A stretch of DNA of 64,000 nt from Thermodesulfobacteriota bacterium (GTDB lineage: Bacteria > Desulfobacterota_D > UBA1144). Numbering within the stretch: position 1 is the first letter of the stretch; the number at the start of each line of letters is the position of its first letter. Made by a program: the position numbers and the translations under genes. Below, piece after piece: positions 20,627 to 29,687 of the stretch. The DNA is taken from NCBI GenBank assembly GCA_036340075.1, contig JAYYZJ010000012.1, positions 32,001 through 96,000 on the forward strand, in the 5' to 3' direction. A model generated the notes under the pieces. It did no database searches and had not been told where the DNA came from. It saw only the letters and a list, made by a program, of their open reading frames with translations.

Positions 20627-21461
20627 AGGCAACACAAAAGTTTACACAGTTATAGGCAACCCGGTTAAACATAGCAAATCACCAGATATGCATAATGCTG
20701 CACTTACAGAACTACAAATTAATGCTTGCTATGTTGCGCTAGAGGTAAAGGTCGACGAGATTGAGTCTATATGCCATTTGATTAAATCGGGAACTATTTC
20801 TGGATCAAATGTCACCATACCTTATAAAGAAGAAGTTATGAAGTACGTTGATGTATTAACAGAAGAAGCAAACATGATTGGTTCCGTTAACACCTTGTAC
20901 CCTAAGGACGGGAAGCTGATAGGAGACAATACTGATGGTCTAGGCTTTGAGAAATCTTTATTTGCTGACAATGGTTTTGTCCCCAAAAATAAAAATTGCC
21001 TTGTACTTGGAGCAGGCGGAGCTTCCAAAGCAGTAACGACAAAACTTTGCCAGAATGGAATTAAATCTTTGTTGATTTACGATATAGACCAGAAAAAAGC
21101 TGAAGAACTCTTGAGCCATTTAGAAAAGTTCAATTATGAAACTTCTATCTCTTTAGCATCTTCCGAAGATATTGATCAATATTCATCTGATAGCAATTTG
21201 ATTATAAACTGCACACCTATTGGCATGAAAGAAGATGATCCTGTATTGATTTCAAGCGAGTCAATTTCAAGCAATCATTTTGTATATGATATTATTTATA
21301 CACCACCAGAAACTAAACTTCTTAAGTCAGCAAGAGAAAATGGCGCAAAAGTTATAAATGGAATGGACATGTTGGCTTATCAAGGAGCTGAAAGTCTATC
21401 TATTTGGGAAGATGTACCACCACCTTATGAAACTATGAAAAAGGAATTACAAAATGGATAA
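20619..21461 (+). CDS. aroE: Shikimate dehydrogenase
   Basis: GNPVKHSKSP, NVTIPYK, NTDG, GAGGA and INCTPIGM. Confidence 0.95.
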   Translation: MIKGNTKVYTVIGNPVKHSKSPDMHNAALTELQINACYVALEVKVDEIESICHLIKSGTISGSNVTIPYKEEVMKYVDVLTEEANMIGSVNTLYPKDGKLIGDNTDGLGFEKSLFADNGFVPKNKNCLVLGAGGASKAVTTKLCQNGIKSLLIYDIDQKKAEELLSHLEKFNYETSISLASSEDIDQYSSDSNLIINCTPIGMKEDDPVLISSESISSNHFVYDIIYTPPETKLLKSARENGAKVINGMDMLAYQGAESLSIWEDVPPPYETMKKELQNG

Positions 21462-22782
21462 ATATAATTGCTGGTATCAAAGTATAGAAAATCCAGAAAA
21501 CAAATATGACATAAATGAAATTATTTATAGGTGCCCAAAAACAGGGAGCTTATTAGAAGTAGAACATGATTTAGATTTATTGAGAGAAAGAGAACCAGAA
21601 GAATGGAAGAACCTTTTTGATGAAAGATATAGGAAACAAAGCTGGCCTTATGGAAGTGGAGTGTGGGGTAAAAAAGAGTGGGTTGTTCCATTTATTAAGG
21701 ATGAAAATATTGTTTCTATGTATGAGGGAGGAACAAATCTTTTTTGGGCAGAAAAATACGGTAAGCAAGTCGGCGTAGAGGATTTATGGATTAAAATGTG
21801 TGGCAATAGCCATACTGGTTCTTTTAAAGATTTAGGTATGACTGTTCTTGTCTCTGCAGTTAAACAATTAATTGCTGAAGGAAAGCAAATTAAGGCAGTA
21901 GCATGTGCTTCTACCGGAGATACTTCTGCGGCCTTAAGTGCATATTGTGCTGCGGCAGGATTAAAATCCATAGTTTTTCTGCCAAGAAATAAAGTATCAA
22001 TTGCACAACTTGTTCAACCATTAGCAAATGGAGCCAAAGTCCTATCTCTTAATACAGATTTTGATGGATGCATGAAAGTTGTTCAAGAAGTTTGCGATAA
22101 AGAAAACATATATTTAGCTAATTCTATGAATTCGCTTCGAATAGAAGGACAGAAGACTATAAGTATTGAAATATGTCAGCAGTTTGGTTGGGAGGTGCCC
22201 GACTGGGTTATTATTCCCGGAGGTAATCTCGGTAACATATCTGCTCTTGGAAAAGGATTTCTGATGCTGAGAGATTTAGGTCTAATTAAGAAATTACCAA
22301 GATTGGTTTGTGCACAAGCAAAAAATGCAAACCCTTTGTATATTAGTTATCTTGAAGATTTTAAAAGTTTTGAACCCATTAAGGCATCAAAAACACATGC
22401 GAGCGCCATACAAATAGGAGATCCAGTTAGTGTAAATAAAGCAATAAATATTTTAAAAATTTTTGATGGAATAGTTGAGGAGTCAAGCGAGGATGAACTA
22501 GCTACATCATCAGCAAAGGTTGACTTAACTGGAACATTTAATTGTCCACATACTGGTGTAGCAGTTACAGCTTTTGAAAAATTAGCCAAAAAAAACGTAA
22601 TCAAGAAAGATGATAAAGTTGTAATTATTTCGACAGCTCATGGGTTGAAATTTGTTGATTTTAAAATTAATTATCATATGGAGAATCTAGAAGGTATTTC
22701 TAACAAGTTCTCTAACCAGCCATTCGAACTGGAAGCTTCTGTAGATGAAGTAATGAAGACTATAAATAAAAAGATACTTTGA
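21454..22782 (+). CDS. thrC: Threonine synthase (plant-like subfamily)
   Basis: HTGSFKDLG (PLP lysine), CASTGDTS, EGQKT and PGGNLGN. Confidence 0.94.
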   Translation: MDKYNCWYQSIENPENKYDINEIIYRCPKTGSLLEVEHDLDLLREREPEEWKNLFDERYRKQSWPYGSGVWGKKEWVVPFIKDENIVSMYEGGTNLFWAEKYGKQVGVEDLWIKMCGNSHTGSFKDLGMTVLVSAVKQLIAEGKQIKAVACASTGDTSAALSAYCAAAGLKSIVFLPRNKVSIAQLVQPLANGAKVLSLNTDFDGCMKVVQEVCDKENIYLANSMNSLRIEGQKTISIEICQQFGWEVPDWVIIPGGNLGNISALGKGFLMLRDLGLIKKLPRLVCAQAKNANPLYISYLEDFKSFEPIKASKTHASAIQIGDPVSVNKAINILKIFDGIVEESSEDELATSSAKVDLTGTFNCPHTGVAVTAFEKLAKKNVIKKDDKVVIISTAHGLKFVDFKINYHMENLEGISNKFSNQPFELEASVDEVMKTINKKIL

Positions 22783-22788
22783 TAAATA

Positions 22789-23421
22789 ATGAAAAAATTA
22801 GATGGCTTATATCTCATTACTGATGAATCTTTAATTGATCAAGAACAATATTTTGAGACAATAGAATCAGTACTAAGGGTAGGACCGGCTCTTTTGCAGT
22901 TGAGAATTAAAGACGCTTCTTATGATGACTTGCTCTACAAAGCGAAAAAAGTTAGGGCGATTGCAAACAAATTTGATACCTTGTTTATAGTAAATGATTA
23001 TATAGATATTGCTCTTGAATCTGATGCAGATGGTATTCATATTGGTGGAGAAGATTTAGATTATTTAGAAGCAAGGAAAAGAATAGGAGAAAAAAAAATT
23101 ATTGGCGTTTCTTGCTATGGAGATGTTAAACGAAGTATAGATTTTTCAAAATTAGGTGCGGACTATATAGCTATTGGAACCCCATATTTTACAAAAACAA
23201 AGCCGAACCGTACTCCAACAAGTTTAAATGTTATGAGAGATATAACATCAAAAGTTATAACTACACCGATATTTGCGATTGGCGGAATCAACTATGAAAA
23301 TATATCTGAAGTTATGAATACAGGCGTAAATGGAATCGCAGTCATTAATTCTGTTTTTGGAACACCGGATCCATCTGTTGCAGCATTAAATTTAAAAAAG
23401 CAATTAGAACAAATTGTTTAA
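22789..23421 (+). CDS. thiE: Thiamine-phosphate synthase
   Basis: LYLITD, QLRIK, IVND, GIHIG, TKTK and AIGGI. Confidence 0.92.
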   Translation: MKKLDGLYLITDESLIDQEQYFETIESVLRVGPALLQLRIKDASYDDLLYKAKKVRAIANKFDTLFIVNDYIDIALESDADGIHIGGEDLDYLEARKRIGEKKIIGVSCYGDVKRSIDFSKLGADYIAIGTPYFTKTKPNRTPTSLNVMRDITSKVITTPIFAIGGINYENISEVMNTGVNGIAVINSVFGTPDPSVAALNLKKQLEQIV

Positions 23422-24471
23422 TTTTTTTCCTGATCTTTTAAAATCTTTTAATCTTTCAGCTAGTGCATGAGATACAATTGGGAGTGCTATAGAAGCATCA
23501 CAATAACATTGTACTAGGTCGCCTTCGGGGTCTTCTTTTCCCCAGGAGACGGCTTCTTCAAAAGTACATCCAGATAATCCACCCCATTGAGGAGAGTCAG
23601 TAGTTATTTGAACAGCGTATCGATGTGGATAATAAGACTCTTGTTCATCAATATTTTCTCTTGTTCTTGGATTTTTTCTATTTGGTATAGCTCTCTCTTC
23701 ATAAAGCAAATCGGCTGTAACTGAAATTAGTTGAATCCAATCTTTAGGTACTCCACCACCGATATAGACAACTCCAGTATCTTTAACATGTTCTGCTAAG
23801 GACATATATTCTGTGTAATCTTTAATTGAGTCTATAGTTAGACTAAATCCTTTGGACTTTGCAATAAGAGCCGCATCACCATATGGACTATCAGGAAATG
23901 CAGGACAAAAAATGGGGATATTTTTTTTAGCAGCAACTGACACTATTGATTCAACACCTTTTTTAGTTAACCAAAGACCAAACAAATAAAGAAATTCTCT
24001 AGAAGAATAATTATGCTTTTCGTTAAGCGTCTGGATAAACTCAGCAATTAATTCAGTCATTTCAAGATATTCTTTCTCGCTACCTAAAATATCATAATAT
24101 CTATTAAAACCTTTCTTAAATAATTCTTCATCAGAACTATTTTGAGAAGATTGAATATATGCTCCACCCATTGCCTCAACTATGTCCTCAGAAATGTTCG
24201 CGCCTGTTGGCACCAGTATGTCGATTAAATTATTTTCCAAAAGCCAATTGATGATTTTCCACTGTCCAGTAGTTGATAACGAACCAGCATATCCAAAAAG
24301 AATTGTTATATCAGGATTTTTAGACATATTCTCGAGAACTGTTACAACTCGAGCCAAACTCTTTCCTTGGAATCCGGTATTTTCCATTAAATGAAGCACT
24401 TCGGATATTGACCTTTCCTTATCAACATCAATTGCAGAAACTTTCTTATCCAGTTTTATTTTTTTATCCAT
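23404..24471 (-). CDS. Deoxyhypusine synthase family protein (likely homospermidine-pathway enzyme)
   Basis: GFQG, TGANI.ED, GGGVPK and GGLSGCTFEEAVSWGK, including the catalytic Lys. Confidence 0.9.
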   Translation of the reverse strand: MDKKIKLDKKVSAIDVDKERSISEVLHLMENTGFQGKSLARVVTVLENMSKNPDITILFGYAGSLSTTGQWKIINWLLENNLIDILVPTGANISEDIVEAMGGAYIQSSQNSSDEELFKKGFNRYYDILGSEKEYLEMTELIAEFIQTLNEKHNYSSREFLYLFGLWLTKKGVESIVSVAAKKNIPIFCPAFPDSPYGDAALIAKSKGFSLTIDSIKDYTEYMSLAEHVKDTGVVYIGGGVPKDWIQLISVTADLLYEERAIPNRKNPRTRENIDEQESYYPHRYAVQITTDSPQWGGLSGCTFEEAVSWGKEDPEGDLVQCYCDASIALPIVSHALAERLKDFKRSGKKLNNLF

Positions 24472-24573
24472 ATTGTTTTCCTAAACAAAGAACATGTTAA
24501 TCATAAAGAAATTGTTAATTATTTCAATAATATTATAAAACATAGGTTTTAAGGGATAATCTAGCAAAATAGT

Positions 24574-24601
24574 TTGACAAAAAATATATATATTTCATAC
24601 T
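24574..24601 (+). promoter_or_regulatory. Putative sigma70 promoter
   Basis: TTGACA-16 nt-CATACT upstream of a GGAGG RBS and the aminotransferase. Confidence 0.5.
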
Positions 24602-24650
24602 TTTTTTTACATTTTTTTGTGATTTTAAGTAAATCTTTGGAGGGTGCATA

Positions 24651-25826
24651 ATGGGATACAATTTCAGTAGCAGGACAAATCATTTTACATTACCTAAGCA
24701 ATGGGCAAGCATGAGAGTTGCCAAGAAACTTGAGAAAGAAACAGGAAAAAAAATTATTCATTTCGAAAAAGGAGACTATCAAGGACCCGATTTTGAGACT
24801 CCTCAGCATATACTTGAGGCTACAGTGCGAGCTTTAGAGTCAGGATATGTAAGATACGATCCAGGACCAGGATTACCAGAGTTAAGAGAATATATTGCTA
24901 CCGAAACGATGAAGGATAGAAGACCAGGAACTAAGCCAGAGGAAGTCATTATTACAGCAGGAGCAAAAAATGCTTTGACAATGTCCCTACTTACTATTTT
25001 GGAAGACGGAGATGAAGTAGTATTTCCTAACCCAGGTTATCCACCAGATGAAGTTTGGGCAAAATATACTAATGCCAAAATATTACATACTCCATTAAAC
25101 AAGGGAGATTGGCAGTATGATTTAGAGAAGCTTGATAAGATGATTACTGACAAAACAAAGCTTCTTATTATTAACACACCACAGAGACCAAATGGACAAT
25201 TAGTTGAAAACCCAGAAGAAATAGCAGAAATTGTTTTAAAGCACCCTGACTTACTGGTTATAACAGATGAAATTTTTAGCCAAGTTATTTATGATGGAAA
25301 GAAACATAAAACAATATCATCTATTCCTGAAATGAAAGATCGTTGCATTGTTATTGATACATGGTCTAAGACATATGCAATGACTGGATGGAGAATAGGT
25401 TTTGCTGTTGCCAACGAAGAGATTATTACTAAGTTGTCAATCTTCTTGCAGGATTCAATAACTAATGTTGCTGCATTTATTCAACGAGCAGCTTATGAAG
25501 CTGTTAGTGGACCCCAAGATTGGACGATAGAAAAAAGAGACTTGCTTGAAAAGAAAAGAGATTTGATGGTTAAAGGTTTAAACGAAGTTCCGGGCATAGA
25601 ATGTGTTACACCACCAGGATCTTTTTATTGTTTTCCTGACATTACAGGTACAGGACTAACATCACAGGAGTTTACAGACAGACTTGTAGTCGAGGCCGGT
25701 GTTGCCGTTGTAGCTGGTACCGCGTTTGGAACACAAGGCGAAGGCTTTGTTAGAGTAACCTATGCTGTTTCAGATGAAGATATCGCAGAAGGCATAGAGA
25801 GAATGAAAACACTCTTTTCTAAATAA
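24651..25826 (+). CDS. PLP-dependent class I/II aminotransferase (aspartate aminotransferase-like)
   Basis: GLPELR, TDEIF, WSKTYAMTGWRIG and GSFYCFP. Confidence 0.9.
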   Translation: MGYNFSSRTNHFTLPKQWASMRVAKKLEKETGKKIIHFEKGDYQGPDFETPQHILEATVRALESGYVRYDPGPGLPELREYIATETMKDRRPGTKPEEVIITAGAKNALTMSLLTILEDGDEVVFPNPGYPPDEVWAKYTNAKILHTPLNKGDWQYDLEKLDKMITDKTKLLIINTPQRPNGQLVENPEEIAEIVLKHPDLLVITDEIFSQVIYDGKKHKTISSIPEMKDRCIVIDTWSKTYAMTGWRIGFAVANEEIITKLSIFLQDSITNVAAFIQRAAYEAVSGPQDWTIEKRDLLEKKRDLMVKGLNEVPGIECVTPPGSFYCFPDITGTGLTSQEFTDRLVVEAGVAVVAGTAFGTQGEGFVRVTYAVSDEDIAEGIERMKTLFSK

Positions 25827-26626
25827 TGATAAGAAACTTAATTATTCCTGTAATATTTCTAAGTATCTTTATTGCTTGTACGACTGCACCAATCACTGGC
25901 AGAAGTCAGCTCATCCTTATCTCTGAAATACAAGAAATTAAATTGGGAATAACTGCTTATAACCAGGTTCTACAAGAAAGCAAACTTTCCAAAAATAAAA
26001 CTTACGTTGATTCGGTAAAAAGGGTAGGCGACAGAATAGCTTCGTATACAGGAAAAAATTATAATTGGCAGTTCAATGTAATAGAGTCAGATCAAATTAA
26101 TGCTTGGTGCCTACCGGGTGGCAAGATTGCATTTTATGAAGGAATATTAGATATAATGGATAATGAAGCTCAGGTAGCAGCTGTAATGGCCCATGAAATA
26201 GCCCATGCTACTGCAAGACATGGTGGTGAGAGAATTAGCCTAGGCATATTAGCACAGGTTGGAGCAGTTGCATTACAAGTGGCATTAAGAGACAAAGACC
26301 CAGCAATTCAATATGCTGTTTTCCAAGCTTATGCTCCAACAGTTTTGATTGGCGTTATATTGCCATATAGTAGAAACCAAGAACACGAAGCTGACGAGAT
26401 TGGCTTAGTCTATATGTCAAAAGCGGGCTACAATCCAGAAGAGGCTCTTATCTTTTGGGAAAAAATGTATGAAGAGAATAAAGGCAAACCAAGACCACCA
26501 GAATGGTTGAGCACACATCCTACAACACCAAAAAGAATAGCCGAGATAAAAGAGATGCTTCCAGAAATGATTGAAATTTACCTGGCTTCAGAGGAAAAAA
26601 ATACTCCTCTTAAACCTCTTCACTAA
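25826..26626 (+). CDS. M48 family Zn metallopeptidase lipoprotein
   Basis: Lipobox IFIAC; NAWCLPGG; HEIAH; YSRNQEHEAD; STHP. Confidence 0.92.
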   Translation: MIRNLIIPVIFLSIFIACTTAPITGRSQLILISEIQEIKLGITAYNQVLQESKLSKNKTYVDSVKRVGDRIASYTGKNYNWQFNVIESDQINAWCLPGGKIAFYEGILDIMDNEAQVAAVMAHEIAHATARHGGERISLGILAQVGAVALQVALRDKDPAIQYAVFQAYAPTVLIGVILPYSRNQEHEADEIGLVYMSKAGYNPEEALIFWEKMYEENKGKPRPPEWLSTHPTTPKRIAEIKEMLPEMIEIYLASEEKNTPLKPLH

Positions 26627-26793
26627 TATAAAAATTTTTTTTATTTATCTATTGCAATATTTTTTTTATCACGTATCTTTCTGTTGCGTGAAACAAAAAA
26701 TAAGTTTCTTTTTTACAAAAAACATCTTTCAATTTAAACCAAAAGTCGACAATTTCTTTTACAAAATTTTTTCTCAAAACGGAGATATAAGAT

Positions 26794-27753
26794 ATGGATC
26801 TAATTAACATCTGGGCCCTAGCGGGTTTTCTACTTGCCTCATACTCAGTTATTGCTAATGATAGCATTCAAACTCTAGGAACTTTTATAGCTTCCAATAA
26901 AGAATCTATAAACTGGAAGATTTTATGGCTCTTTGGGGCCACTATTTTTTCAATTGTTGTAGTTTATGGATGGTTGACATACGGTGGCGACATATCTTAT
27001 GGACGATTAACAAGGATAGATTATATAGAGCCACAGTGGTACCATGCTGTTGCTCCAGCAATTCTTCTTGTTTTAACTAGATTCGGAATTCCAGTTTCTA
27101 CTACTTTTTTAGTATTTTCGGTCTTTGCATCTTCTGTTGTTTTAGAAAAGATAGTAATTAAATCTATAGTCGGCTACGGTGTCGCAGCGGTCTCAGCTTA
27201 TCTAATCTGGCTTGTGATAAGTTCATTTATCGACGAAAAGTTAGATAAAGTTAGACCTGAGAATATAAAATACTGGAGAGTTGCTCAATGGACCACAAGT
27301 GGGTATCTATGGTTTGCTTGGCTGCAGCACGACTTAGCCAACATCGCAGTCTACTTGCCAAGACAATTATCACTACCCTTATTATTAGGAGTAGTGTTGT
27401 TAGGTATATGTTTCTTAGGTTTTATCTTTTACAGTGGGGGCGGAAGAATACAAAAAATTGTTTTAAATAAGACTGGCTCAAGGTATTTACGTTCTACAAG
27501 TATCATTGATGTAATATACGCGACAATCCTATTTTTCTTTAAAGAGTTAAATGATCTTCCAATGTCAACTACATGGGTATTTGTTGGCCTCTTGTCTGGT
27601 AGAGAGTTGGCAATGTCGACTACTAGAAAAGACTATAAGCTTAAATATATTTTCCCTATTGTTGCAAAAGATTTTGGAAAACTCTTACTTGGACTTGCGA
27701 TTTCCATACTGGTAGTTTTCGGAGTTATTTTCTTAGAAGGAAATGGGTATTAA
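26794..27753 (+). CDS. Divergent PiT/PHO4-like inorganic phosphate (anion) permease
   Basis: Multi-TM. The duplicated IANDS.../HDLAN and PVSTT/PMSTT motifs resemble the two PiT signature repeats. GGAG RBS. Confidence 0.65.
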   Translation: MDLINIWALAGFLLASYSVIANDSIQTLGTFIASNKESINWKILWLFGATIFSIVVVYGWLTYGGDISYGRLTRIDYIEPQWYHAVAPAILLVLTRFGIPVSTTFLVFSVFASSVVLEKIVIKSIVGYGVAAVSAYLIWLVISSFIDEKLDKVRPENIKYWRVAQWTTSGYLWFAWLQHDLANIAVYLPRQLSLPLLLGVVLLGICFLGFIFYSGGGRIQKIVLNKTGSRYLRSTSIIDVIYATILFFFKELNDLPMSTTWVFVGLLSGRELAMSTTRKDYKLKYIFPIVAKDFGKLLLGLAISILVVFGVIFLEGNGY

Positions 27754-27835
27754 TAACAGGGATAGATAGAAAATCATGTTTCAAACAAAGTCATTGAGAA
27801 AGCAATATAAAAAAAGAAAAAAGGAGTCATCTCAC

Positions 27836-28000
27836 ATGAAAAAAAGTGCTAACATTAATATATATATTCATTCTATGCGAGTGAAAGATGAATGTATAAC
27901 GGAGAAAGAAATTAAGCCCGAATGTTTATATGATGATGGGGTATCAGTCAGACCAGAATGCTTAGAGGAGCCTGTTAAGTATCTCAAGAGGTTAAAATGA
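27836..28000 (+). CDS. Hypothetical small protein (54 aa; longer 74-aa ORF from 27776)
   Basis: AAGGAG 9 nt before ATG 27836. Stop overlaps the porin start (ATGA). Repeated PECL motif. Confidence 0.5.
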   Translation: MKKSANINIYIHSMRVKDECITEKEIKPECLYDDGVSVRPECLEEPVKYLKRLK

Positions 28001-29388
28001 ATAAATTTTTTCTACCTTTTTTCTTATTTTTTTCTTTAATCTCCATTTCGACTGTATTTAGCAAAGAACTACCAGAAGATTCTTCATCCGGAATCCTTAA
28101 AAATGTGACAGCTGACTTAACTAAAGATTCTGATGATATCAAATTAAAATACAAAGCTGGTAAAGGACTTGAGTTTAAAGGCGGAGATGCTTTCAAATTA
28201 AATCTTGGTGCAAGAATACAATTTAGATTTGATTCCGCAGACTACAATCAAGCAGCTAGTGGTACACAAGATTCAGGTACAAGAGTTGTTTCTTCTTTGG
28301 CCTCTATAGAAGGTAAAGAAGGCAGAACACACGATTTTATGACAAGAAGATTTCAAATTACTTTTTCTGGATATGCTTATAACCCAAACATTTTTTATAA
28401 ATATATTTTATGTTCAGATAAAAATGGTACAGACTGTGTTGGATCAGGATCAGGTCTCGGGATTGAAGATGCTTACTTTGGATATAAATTCGGAAAAGGG
28501 AAAATATTGATGGGTCAGTGGAAACTTCCCTTCACGGTTGAAGAGCAAACATCTTCAAGCAATCTTGAATATGTTGATAGATCTGCAAATCAATTAACTT
28601 TTGAAAGAGACCACCAGATTCGTTTGGAGATTGAACCTAATAGTCAAATTAAAGCAACAGCGGCACTTGGAGCAGGCTTAGGAGGCAATAAGCTAAAATC
28701 TAATCAAGCTGCTGAAGGTACAACTGGTGATGAATCAGATGGTTGGGACAAAGTTGAAGTTTACAGATTAGAGATAACTCCATTTGGTAAAATGAAGTAT
28801 AGCCAAGCAGACTTAAAAAAATCTGATAGTGTAAAACTAAGATTTGGAGCAGCTAGACTTTATTGGAGAGATGTTAACTTAAAATTCGATGGTGACTTTG
28901 ATGCTGTAGGGAGTAGAGGTAAATTTGACGATCGTCTAGATGACTTTGAAACTGCATATTACAAAAATGATAAAAATGGAGCAGCCTTTCAAGGCAATAG
29001 CTTCTATACTATGACAGCCACTACATTCGATGCGGGAATAAAGTACAATGGTTTATTCGCTGAATTCGAACACACCATTAATGAACTTAAAGATAAAACT
29101 TTAGGCAAAGGTACTGAAAGCATTAATTGGACCAGGTACCAAGTTTCTTACCACATAAGAAATGGTTGGGTAACTGGTTTTAGATATGGTGTTTTAGACC
29201 AGTCTGACAGAGCTTCAGATGAAATAACAGAAAAAACAATTACACTTTCAAAATTCTTTGTTGGCCATAATCTAAAGATCAATGCAGATTATGGATGGTT
29301 GGAAGAAGAATTAGGACCTAAAACTACAGTAACTTCAGATCAAGCTGAGACAACAACATTTAGAATACAAGCACAGCTTAAATTCTGA
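27997..29388 (+). CDS. Porin, phosphate-selective OprO/OprP-like
   Basis: Signal peptide; ARIQFRFD, TRRFQI, IEDAY and MGQWKLPF.VEE.TSS..L..VDRS; C-terminal QAQLKF. Confidence 0.75.
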   Translation: MNKFFLPFFLFFSLISISTVFSKELPEDSSSGILKNVTADLTKDSDDIKLKYKAGKGLEFKGGDAFKLNLGARIQFRFDSADYNQAASGTQDSGTRVVSSLASIEGKEGRTHDFMTRRFQITFSGYAYNPNIFYKYILCSDKNGTDCVGSGSGLGIEDAYFGYKFGKGKILMGQWKLPFTVEEQTSSSNLEYVDRSANQLTFERDHQIRLEIEPNSQIKATAALGAGLGGNKLKSNQAAEGTTGDESDGWDKVEVYRLEITPFGKMKYSQADLKKSDSVKLRFGAARLYWRDVNLKFDGDFDAVGSRGKFDDRLDDFETAYYKNDKNGAAFQGNSFYTMTATTFDAGIKYNGLFAEFEHTINELKDKTLGKGTESINWTRYQVSYHIRNGWVTGFRYGVLDQSDRASDEITEKTITLSKFFVGHNLKINADYGWLEEELGPKTTVTSDQAETTTFRIQAQLKF

Positions 29389-29499
29389 GAGGCACTTAAA
29401 CAAAGACTTTTCTGCTAAGGGAAAAATTATACGTGCTCTTTTATTTTGAAAAAACATTATTATGAATTAATATATCAAGAAATATTCTGGAGGAGTACT

Positions 29500-29631
29500 T
29501 TGAGACAATTTGCAAAAATTCTAGTATTGGTTGTTTTTTTAGTATCGTCACTACAAGGATGTTCCTGGATAAGTAAGAAATGGGACGAAAGACCATCTTG
29601 GATGGGCGGCGATAAGGTAGAAAAGGAATAG
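29500..29631 (+). CDS. Small lipoprotein (43 aa)
   Basis: GGAGGAG RBS before TTG 29500. MRQFAKILVLVVFLVSSLQGC is a signal peptide with a lipobox. Confidence 0.7.
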   Translation: MRQFAKILVLVVFLVSSLQGCSWISKKWDERPSWMGGDKVEKE

Positions 29632-29687
29632 CCAGAACTAACCAACAATAAAACTTTATAACCTTTTATTGTTTTATACTTATTCCT

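Noticed and set aside
26571..26867. ORFs 26571-26807 (+) and 26649-26867 (-)
   Set aside because: They overlap flanking genes, cross a poly-A/T promoter-like region and have no RBS.
29389..29445. Possible terminator after the OprP-like porin
   Set aside because: Only a weak TTTTC/GAAAA stem with no proper U-tract.
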